From positions 1 through 64,000 of the forward strand of contig CAWHMZ010000020.1 of NCBI GenBank assembly GCA_963830625.1: a stretch of DNA of 64,000 bases, in the 5' to 3' direction. The notes beneath the pieces are model-generated. The model saw nothing but the letters and a program-made list of their open reading frames with translations. It did not search any database and was not told the DNA's origin. Positions 13,701 to 21,167 of the stretch are shown piece after piece. The stretch comes from an uncultured Isosphaeraceae bacterium (GTDB lineage Bacteria > Planctomycetota > Planctomycetia > Isosphaerales > Isosphaeraceae). Every line of letters starts with the position of its first letter. Positions within the stretch are counted from its first letter, which is position 1. Made by a program: the position numbers and the translations under genes.

Positions 13701-14214
13701 GAAAAACGGCCGCCGGTCTGCCAGGGTGCCGAGTTCATAGATCGGAACTAAACCGGGGTGCTGTAGCTGGCCGCCGATCTGGGCCTCCTCGACGAAGCGG
13801 CGGACCATGTTGGTATCGTCGCGGTAGTCGTCGCGGAGGATTTTCAGTGCCACATCGCGGCCGAGGTCGGCGTCGCGGCCCTTCAAGACCGTGCCCATGC
13901 CCCCACGGGCGATCTCGCCGTCGACCCGGTAGCGGATCGAGCCATCGGCAAACGCACCTGCGGCGATCACAATCGGCCCCGGCTCCTCGCCGGGGCCCGG
14001 TGTCGCGCAGGAACACGCGGGGCACAGGCCCAATCGTCTCGGCGAGGGTGTCGAGGACGCTTCGGCCGGCCGGCCCGTGCGGGCCGGCGTCGGCGGACTC
14101 ATGGGGAAAGGGTCCCGACAGCGCGGCCCCCATCAGGCATTGCGGGCAGAGCCCACGCGGGGCGTCGGCCGGCAGCGGCGCCCCGCAATCGGGGCAGATA
14201 CGATCGGAGCTCAT
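10721..14214 (-). CDS. Giant Ser/Thr protein kinase: N-terminal zinc ribbon, kinase domain, TM segment, then a long TPR-repeat C-terminus. Broken into at least 6 frame segments.
   Basis: - CPDCGAPL...CPQC in ORF 13735..14214.
- HRDLKPSNVMV / DWGLAK in 13302..14102.
- A TM segment (TTVVAASLLTLSVVGGLGLTYW) in 12821..13258.
- TPR repeats (AIASYCKAIELDPKCAPAYINLG and similar) in 11368..12834, 11070..11798 and 10721..11695.
All segments are on the same strand and collinear. Confidence 0.8.
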
Positions 14215-14311
14215 CGCGAAGTCCTCCTCCGGGGCCCAACGGCCGTTTTTCGTCGGCCTCTACCCATGGGAACGGGAATCATTTCCGAAGGTCACACGAA
14301 TCCGCGCGGAT

Positions 14312-15064
14312 TCACCCGCCAAGCGCGGCGAACAGGTCTCGGACTTCCTCCTCGACATCGGCCGGGTCGGCCACCGTGCGGGCGATCTCCTCGCGGAGAA
14401 TCTCGCCGTAACGCTTCCTCAGGCGCAAGGCCGCCGTCTTGACGGCCCCCTCGGTCATCCCGAGCTCGGCGGCGATGGCCGCGAAGCGGACCTCGCCCCG
14501 CCTGCCGGTCAAGGTCCGCAGCAGGCGGGAGGTGAGGACCCCCTTCCCAGCCGCGGTCGATTCGGCTTCCAGCCGCGCGACGGCGTGTTCCAGCAGGCTG
14601 GTCGCCCAGCGCCGCTCGAAGAGCCGCTCGGCCGTCATTGTGTCCACCGGCTCGCTCGCGTAGCGCCCCTCGGCGGCCAGGCGATCGAAGGAGACCGCGA
14701 CGCGCCCGCCGCCCCGCTTCGCAGCCAGGTCGCGGTCACAGCAGTCGGCCACGTGATGGGCGCACACGGCCAAGAGGAACGAGCGGAACCGGCCACGCTC
14801 CGGGGCCACCGCGGCCAGGCCGTCACGATTCAGAAGGGTGAGGAATGTCCCCTGGACAATGTCGGCGGCCTGTTCGGGCGGATGCCCCTTGCGCCTCGCG
14901 AAGGCATACAGTGGGTACCAGTAGTCCTCACACAGCTCAGCCAGCGCCTCCCGGGCCGAAGGGTCGTTGCGGTCGCCGGCAGCGAGGACCCGACTCCACC
15001 GGGTCGTCGGGAATGGGGCGTTCGAGGGCTGGTCGGGACGTGGGCGCGACACCGGCGATCTCAA
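14312..15064 (-). CDS. ECF-type RNA polymerase sigma factor. Planctomycete-style, immediately upstream of the Ser/Thr kinase.
   Basis: Intact 250 aa with FPTTRWSRV near the N-terminus and a sigma-70 region-4-like C-terminus. The sigma-then-kinase gene order is classic for this group. Confidence 0.8.
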   Translation of the reverse strand: MRSPVSRPRPDQPSNAPFPTTRWSRVLAAGDRNDPSAREALAELCEDYWYPLYAFARRKGHPPEQAADIVQGTFLTLLNRDGLAAVAPERGRFRSFLLAVCAHHVADCCDRDLAAKRGGGRVAVSFDRLAAEGRYASEPVDTMTAERLFERRWATSLLEHAVARLEAESTAAGKGVLTSRLLRTLTGRRGEVRFAAIAAELGMTEGAVKTAALRLRKRYGEILREEIARTVADPADVEEEVRDLFAALGG

Positions 15065-15289
15065 CGTCCTCGGGTGAGCCGGGTCGGACGTTCAATCTGG
15101 CTCTCCCACGAGTCAGCCGATTCTAACGCAATTCGGGTGGGCGTCGGAAGCGGCCGCCGCGAAATCGAGCCCGTCACGGCCCGGCGACCAGAACGAAGCA
15201 CGGACTGGCCCGCGGCCCTGTGGGGCCCGAACGCTGCGCACGTCGGTCCGACGACACCGAAGCATCGCGCACGCGATTGGGCGCGTCGG

Positions 15290-15830
15290 ATCGACCGAAG
15301 CCGGTCTGCTCACTTAAGCCAAACCCGACGCCTCATCTCTCGCGTCCAGCAATCACTTCTCGCGCCGGGCACCCCACCCTGATAATCCTCCTCGCCTCGA
15401 TCTCAACAACCGCCTGACCACCGCCACCGCCGTGGCACCCCGGTAAGCTTTCGAGCTACCGACCCTTCCCCGCACCAGTCAGCGCAAACACTGCGCCGTT
15501 TTACAGGAGTTCCTCACTGCCAAGTAACCCGCGGAGCTTTCCATGGCAACTTATTTTCTCGTCGTCGACGAGCTCGTCCCCCACCGCGGGTGCCAGTTCA
15601 GCGTTCGCGTGTGGCGCCAGGCCGGTCAGCCGCCGCTCGTCCTCTTCTCCCAAGTGCCCGGCCACCCGCCGCCTAACGTATGCAGCAGCTTCCTGGCGAA
15701 CCTGACGCTCAGGAACTTCCTGGGCTATTCCCTGCCGACCCCCGTGTTTTTCGAGCTCAGCGAATGGAAGCAACAGACCCGGGCGTGCCGGGTCCGCTTC
15801 GAGACGATCGGCCCCGAACTGCGACCGATT
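15290..15830 (+). repeat. Duplicated module 'A', copy 2. It contains the complete ORF 15543..15944 (133 aa).
   Basis: See copy 1 at 5560-6110. Confidence 0.8.
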
Positions 15831-15944
15831 CTGCGCAACCCCCAGTACACGCGTTTGAACCCTTCGGCCTTCGAGCAACTCTTCAAAGTCACGCTCGACT
15901 CACCTAAGTGGAACCGCAGAAAACTCCGGGCGATTGTGGTGTAG
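15543..15944 (+). CDS. Conserved hypothetical 133-aa protein (MATYFLVVDELVPHRGCQF...), paralog of ORF 5834.
   Basis: Between the two copies the pattern of substitutions is synonymous-rich (cct/ccg, ctg/ctc, gta/gtc, tct/tcc, aaa/aag), which indicates a real coding gene under selection. Confidence 0.65.
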   Translation: MATYFLVVDELVPHRGCQFSVRVWRQAGQPPLVLFSQVPGHPPPNVCSSFLANLTLRNFLGYSLPTPVFFELSEWKQQTRACRVRFETIGPELRPILRNPQYTRLNPSAFEQLFKVTLDSPKWNRRKLRAIVV

Positions 15945-16026
15945 GCTTCCAGCCTGCACGCTGGGCAGGCGAGACGCCTGCACCACAAACATTGTGCGTG
16001 GCCACTTAGTTGAAAGGAGCAACCTG

Positions 16027-16971
16027 ATGGAGCGCCTGGCATCGATTGTGAAGCAGGGGTTCTACCCTGCGCCGCCGGAGGCGCTCGCCGGTATCCTCCG
16101 GCATCTGAAGGTCCCTGACCCGCCCCCAGATCCGAAGAAGGGCGAGGATATAAACGTCCTCGACCCCTGTGCCGGTGAAGGAAAGGCCCTCGTGCAGCTT
16201 GCCGAGGGCCTTGGCGTTTCTACGGGCCACGTCTTCGCGGTCGAGCTGAACGGGAGCCGCGCGGCCAGGATCGCGGAGGCTTACCCCGACGTCCGCCTGC
16301 TCGGTCCGTGCAGCTTTGAGGCGACCCGCATCACGCGCCACTCCGTCGGGCTCGTGTACCTCAACAGCCTGTATGACGACGAGTTCGGCGGCGGCGGGAG
16401 GGAGGAGACCACCTTCCTCCGCCAGGCCGTCGACCTCCTGGTCCCCGGCGGCATCCTGGTCATGGTCTGCCCGGTCAACCAGGTCTACGGAAAGGTTGTG
16501 ATGTGTGAGCTCCTCGACACCTGGTTTGACCAGCTCGAGCTGTACCTGTTCCCCGACAACTGCCGTTCGTTCAAAGAGTGCGTGGTGTTCGGCCGTCGTC
16601 GCAAGACGGCGCTGACCGACAACCTGATCTTCCAGGAAGGAATACTGACGGGCCGGGGCATCCGCCGAAGTTTCGCAGCGCCCGTCGTTAGACACACACA
16701 CTCCACTGCGTTGTCGGACACCCACACCGCACGTCGTCCGACACCGATACTGCACGGCCTGCAGAGTCGGTCGCGGGGCAATGGGTACCTTACGGCACCC
16801 AGGATTATGGATGTCTGGCAACCCCTCGTTTTTGAGGAGGTCCGGGGTCGAAACGACCGCGTTCCTCAGCCGGTCAAGTGCTGCGCGTGTCGACCTGTAT
16901 TCGCCCCAGACGTCCATGATCTGTTCGTGCCGATCAAATCGACGGTACCGCATGTTCGGCGATCGAATTAA
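16027..16971 (+). CDS. Class I SAM-dependent methyltransferase-like protein, of the DUF6094-type found on integrative/conjugative elements. The C-terminus from about 16700 looks chimeric with a dispersed repeat.
   Basis: RBS AAGGAG 7 nt upstream of ATG 16027. Motifs MERLASIVKQGFYPAPPE and LDPCAGEGKAL (SAM-binding motif I). The tail LSDTHTARRP... is shared with the repeat at 20135-20228. Confidence 0.55.
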   Translation: MERLASIVKQGFYPAPPEALAGILRHLKVPDPPPDPKKGEDINVLDPCAGEGKALVQLAEGLGVSTGHVFAVELNGSRAARIAEAYPDVRLLGPCSFEATRITRHSVGLVYLNSLYDDEFGGGGREETTFLRQAVDLLVPGGILVMVCPVNQVYGKVVMCELLDTWFDQLELYLFPDNCRSFKECVVFGRRRKTALTDNLIFQEGILTGRGIRRSFAAPVVRHTHSTALSDTHTARRPTPILHGLQSRSRGNGYLTAPRIMDVWQPLVFEEVRGRNDRVPQPVKCCACRPVFAPDVHDLFVPIKSTVPHVRRSN

Positions 16972-17515
16972 GCGCCTGGTTGATCGTCTCGGCGGAGAGG
17001 GGCATGGCGTGGGCCTCGACCACGGAGTTCGTCTCCGTCGCATTTGACGGGATGTCGTAGTGGATCACCCACTGCCCGTTCTCGAAGTAGACCGATGCGG
17101 TGGGATCGTACGTCGGCATCAAGTAGAGGTCGGCTGCCCCCTCGGCCCCCGGCACGTCGTAACCGATCGGGTCCAGGAGCAGGCTGGTCGGACCCTTCTG
17201 GAGGTACAGGGCCGGGACCTCGTACACTTCGCGTGCGTCGTCCCGCAGTTTCTTCGGGTACCGTCGAGTAATCCCCTCGCCCCGGTCGACCTCGGCTTCG
17301 AACCGGGCGACGAGGTCCTCCACACGCCGTCGGAATTGCTCGCGCTGCTCGGACACCAGAGCACCCGCTTCGTTCGTGATCACGCCCTTGCCATCCTCGC
17401 GAGATGGACGGTCACTCGTCAACATGGGGCGGCTGCTGGCAGAAGCGCCCCAGTGCTCGGACGTGAACACCCACGGCCGCCGGTCGGCTCGGAATTCGCG
17501 CCGGCGGGCGCACAT
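16934..17515 (-). CDS. Hypothetical protein.
   Basis: ORF only, convergent with the methyltransferase. No recognised domain. Confidence 0.35.
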   Translation of the reverse strand: MCARRREFRADRRPWVFTSEHWGASASSRPMLTSDRPSREDGKGVITNEAGALVSEQREQFRRRVEDLVARFEAEVDRGEGITRRYPKKLRDDAREVYEVPALYLQKGPTSLLLDPIGYDVPGAEGAADLYLMPTYDPTASVYFENGQWVIHYDIPSNATETNSVVEAHAMPLSAETINQALNSIAEHAVPSI

Positions 17516-17889
17516 TACGATTAGCCGGGATTATTCGCACCCATTCATCCACGGCCGCGTTTTGAATGGCGCTGGGCCGCCAGGGCGAACCCGCGGCCGT
17601 CGATGCGCGCGCCACTCCTCACCCACGGGATCAACGACAGCGTTGTGCACAACTTTGGCTCGGCCCCGGCAAGGGCGAAACTCGCGGAGACGAGCACGGC
17701 GTCGGCGGTCGAGGAGTGACCGCTTTGGTGACCGCCAAGAAGTGATCCAGGAGTGGCCAGCTCGCCGACAATCGCACAACCACGCGGCGAGCGCGAGTGC
17801 TGATTTCGGCAGCGACTTTGATCAGCCGGGTCCGCGCACCCAGGCCGGTGGGCGTTCCTGCCCCACGTCGTCGGCAAACGACTGGGGTT

Positions 17890-18147
17890 TCAGTCTTCCA
17901 AGCGGAGTTCCTCGAGGGCTTGCGCCTTGAGAAGATCGAGCTGGAGTTGGGCCAGCGCTTCCGGCGACAACGCCTCGACCTGTCGCTTGACTCCGGCAGA
18001 CATCGGGCCGAATTTGGCTTCCATTAGCCGCAGGGCCGACCGCCGCTCCCCCTGCTCGATGCCGCGTTCGATGCCGCGTTCGATGCCGCGTTCGTAGGTG
18101 GTCTTCATGAGGGGTTCAACCTCGTGATACGCCTCGGTGTGCAACAA
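17890..18147 (-). CDS. DUF4351 domain fragment: the C-terminal domain of the Rpn/transposase_31 PD-(D/E)XK family. The nuclease part is missing.
   Basis: GIERGIERGIEQG (three tandem 15-bp units), then ALRLMEAKFGPMSAGVKRQVEALSPEALAQLQLDLL, typical of DUF4351. Confidence 0.6.
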   Translation of the reverse strand: MLHTEAYHEVEPLMKTTYERGIERGIERGIEQGERRSALRLMEAKFGPMSAGVKRQVEALSPEALAQLQLDLLKAQALEELRLED

Positions 18148-18547
18148 CGCTTGTAGCCGCTCCGTCTGGGCGCTCGAGCTCAGTGGAGGTGGCCAGTGAC
18201 GGTGTTCGCCGTGTTAGCCATCTGCTTCCCCCATGGCCTGCCTGGCCACATGCGCGAGCGACTTGAAAAGTCGCTGAAGTTCAATGCCGCGCCATTCGTA
18301 TCTTAATCATAACCTGCGCCATCATTCTCGGCACCGTCGAACGGAACGCCGACCGGTCCTTGCCGACGTGGCGCGACCGGGAGGTCGTGGTGACCAGGAG
18401 CGCCCGTCGCAAGCCAGCGCCGGCTTCGCATGGTGTGGCAGCCGACGCGCCAACACTTCCCTTCGGCCATCAGTCGCTCCAGAGCCGATGGTTCGATGTA
18501 GCGAGTAACAAAACAGCCCCTCAGTGGACCCGCTCAACGGTGCGGTG

Positions 18548-18605
18548 CGGCCGCCGCGAGCGATCGGACCGATCGGACGGATTGGACGGATCAGACGCGG
18601 CGGCC
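18548..18605. repeat. ~55-bp inverted repeat, left copy. Its partner is at 20566-20623. Contains the 9-bp tandem units ccgatcgga / cggattgga.
   Basis: The reverse complement of 20566-20623 matches with about 3 mismatches (gcggccgccgcg.gcgatcggaccgatcggacggat.ggacggatcagacgc.gcggccgg). Confidence 0.75.
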
Positions 18606-18882
18606 GGCGCGGTTCTTCGGCCTGGAAACCCTACCCAAGACCCGTGCTGTGATGCGGTCGCACTTAGGAAGCCTGGCCTACATTGCGCGTCGTCGTCGGG
18701 GCCACTGAGTTCGTTCCGTCTACTCAATAATCCGCTCAACGCCTTGCGGCATCGGAGAAGGAAGCCGCATAGTCGCCTTTCGCTCCGGCGAAAGGACGCA
18801 TTTCAGCGCCCGATGCCTTGCGGATCGGAGAAGGAAGCGGGACGACGCGCGACCTGGGGTTGTGCAGCGCTGAGCTGCGCTC

Positions 18883-19111
18883 AACGCCTTCCGCGCCCCT
18901 GCGTGAGGGGCGATAGCGGACTTCGCGCTGCTCGCCCAGGCGGCCGCGTTCCAATCCACGCCCGTGCGTGAGGGGCGATAGGCCGTGCGGTCATCCGGGC
19001 TCGCCTTCAAACGGTTTCAATCCACGCCTCTGCGTGAGGGGCGATCTTTGTCTGGACCCAAGCTAATCGCCAAGGTGCGGTTTCAATCCACGCCCCTGCG
19101 TGAGGGGCGAT
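18883..19111 (-). CRISPR. CRISPR mini-array with type I-C-like 32-nt repeats. Four repeats (R1 degenerate at the trailer end) and three spacers of 33, 34 and 34 nt. Predicted transcription is on the minus strand, with the leader at about 19112-19278.
   Basis: Repeats at 18883-18914, 18948-18979, 19014-19045 and 19080-19111. Plus-strand consensus is GTTTCAATCCACGCCCCTGCGTGAGGGGCGAT. Its reverse complement, ATCGCCCCTCACGCAGGGGCGTGGATTGAAAC, has the I-C hallmark stem followed by GTGGATTGAAAC. Spacers are unique. No cas genes occur in the window. Confidence 0.8.
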
Positions 19112-19278
19112 GCATCTTCCCGATTTCAGACATCCACCGTTTGGCGTCGTTTGCCAGCAGCCGTTCATCCATGGATCACGCGGTCGGGAAAAACCGCGTG
19201 CTCCGGTGGCTTGCAACGTGCAGAAGAAGGGCGTCTGAAATCACAAACTGAGCATGGTGGACCGTGCCCCAATGAACA

Positions 19279-19731
19279 TCATGGATGCAGATTGGGGTCT
19301 TCCACCGCCAATCGCTCCACGGCGGCGGCAGCGTTGAGGTCCTTGTCGGCCGAAACGAGCACCATGCCGCCCTGGCTGATGCGGTTCAGTTCGCTGGCGG
19401 CGGCCAGTTGAACGGCGTCGTAGGCGCGCAGAGCGTACCTGTTGGCCAATGTACTGGCGTCGGCCAGAAGCGAGGGCGTGACCTCGAGGACGGTATACCG
19501 CCCGGCCACGTGTTCGCGAAACCGCGACAGGAAGGACGACGCCTGCGCCGAACGGATGGTTCTCCCTGCGCGACGGCGGGCGATGGCGGACGTCACCTCG
19601 ACGATGGTGATGCGCGCCAGGAAGATTTGGTTGCCTGTCCTGTAGTGCGTGAGACTACGAACCCAAGCGGTGCCGCCCTCCTGGACGTAACGCTTGACGA
19701 GAGCGCTCGAATCGACGAAATACGCCGCCAC
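19279..19731 (-). CDS. PIN-domain toxin (VapC-like).
   Basis: GTG start. MAAYFVDSSALVKRY...IVEVTSAIARR...YDAVQLAAA gives the PIN acidic-residue pattern. The stop of the upstream antitoxin overlaps (taaggtg). Confidence 0.75.
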   Translation of the reverse strand: MAAYFVDSSALVKRYVQEGGTAWVRSLTHYRTGNQIFLARITIVEVTSAIARRRAGRTIRSAQASSFLSRFREHVAGRYTVLEVTPSLLADASTLANRYALRAYDAVQLAAASELNRISQGGMVLVSADKDLNAAAAVERLAVEDPNLHP

Positions 19732-19734
19732 CTT

Positions 19735-20057
19735 ACCGCCGCTCGCGGATGATGGTTTCCGAAAGCGGCTCTCCCTTGATTACGATGGGGGGGACATCAT
19801 CATCGTCAATGTCCAGGGCGGGGTCGGGAAGCTGGCTGACGAGGCCAGACGCGAGCAACCGCCGATTGAGCTCGTCGGGCGTGAGCGGCTTTTTCTCAAG
19901 GGCCGACTCTGCGCCCGCAGCTTCTTGCCAGGCTTGGGCATGGTTTGCTTGAGCCGTTCCAGAGCGTCGCTGACCACAGCATCCTCGCTGGCGTAAAGGC
20001 CCGCGCGCACCGCCTCGTGGATGAACCGCTCCTGGTCTTTCGATAGACGTATGGTCA
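19735..20057 (-). CDS. Ribbon-helix-helix / ParD-like antitoxin, with a 1-nt frameshift in an A-run (gagaaaaagcc, about 19890).
   Basis: MTIRLSKDQERFIHEAVRAGLYASEDAVVSDALERLKQT in one frame, then ...EKKPLTPDELNRRLLASGLVSQLPDPALDIDDDDVPPIVIKGEPLSETIIRERR* in the next frame, ending at the toxin start. Confidence 0.65.
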
Positions 20058-20134
20058 TAGCAATCATCCCCTTTAGTTTCAGCTTACCACGGCGGTCGGC
20101 CATTGCCAATCTGAAAGCAAGTGTCTGGTCGAGG

Positions 20135-20345
20135 ATTGTTGTCGGACACCCACACCGCACGGCCTGTAGTTTCGGTCGCGGGGCAATGGGTACCTTACGG
20201 CACCCAGGATTATGGATGTCTGGCAACCCGTCTCTCAATTGTCTCGACAGTGTTGAGACAATCTGCTCGCGGTACGCGGCGCGACGCGAGCCGAGGATCT
20301 CGCCCCGGATGCGCCGGCCGACCTGCCAGTAGCGCGAGAAGCGGA
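20135..20345. repeat. Dispersed repeat fragments. 20135-20228 matches 16715-16830. 20228-20340 matches 6770-6880 (DUF1016 5' region, including the imperfect palindrome ttgtctcgacNgtgttgagacaa).
   Basis: Nucleotide similarity read by eye. ORF 19780..20352 translates as a chimera of a DUF1016 N-terminus and the shared 'LPDIHNPGCRKVPIAPRP' segment. Confidence 0.7.
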
Positions 20346-20565
20346 CACCCATCGTCTGCGGCGGTACCGTGCTTGAATGCCGATTTCCCCGCGGATGCGT
20401 GTCTGGAACCGGTTGATCGTGACGGCGACGAAGCCAATCGCGCCAAAGTCGAAGATGTTGCCCGGAACGTCATGCTCGCGCGAGGCAAAGCTGGACTTGC
20501 CTAAAACGAACCACGGATCGCGCGGATTGACACTGACGGGGAAACTGCGAGCTGCCCCGGCCGCT

Positions 20566-20623
20566 GCGTCTGATCCGTCCCATCCGTCCGATCGGTCCGA
20601 TCGCGCGCGGCGGCCGGCCTGAA
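20566..20623. repeat. ~55-bp inverted repeat, right copy (partner of 18548-18605).
   Basis: See the left copy. Confidence 0.75.
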
Positions 20624-21167
20624 CAATAGGACCGTTCGGACGGCGGCGGCGGCCAGTCACAAGCGGTCTGCGCCGCGATTGCGCGCTTTGACGTTTTCTT
20701 CATCCGCTCCCATCGGGATGTCCCGATCGCGGGAAACGCGCTGCAAGTCCGCACAGCTCGAGCGACAACCGCCGCTCACTCCGACAGCACAGCCCTCTCG
20801 TCCCCACTGACCGCGACAACCGCCTGCACCGATCAATCCGATCGCGCTGGTGAGAACGACGACTCAGCGCGAAATCCGCATAATTCACCCGCACGGCCTC
20901 CGTCCGCGCGCCATCTTATCTCTGAAGAGAGGCCGCCGCATCCGGCAGCCTTCTCTCGCATCCCGCAGTTACAACGATCGGACAGAATTGTGCAAACGAA
21001 AAAACACCCCGCGCTGATCACCTGGCGGCGGCCGGCGGCCCGCGTCAGCCCGAAGAGCTACCGAGGGTTCAGGCCGTTCCATTGCCGGATGGTCAACACT
21101 CCCTCGCTTGCGCTTCGGGCTGGTATGAGCTGCGATTGGTCTGGCAGCCAGAGAGGGTCGGCGCGGC

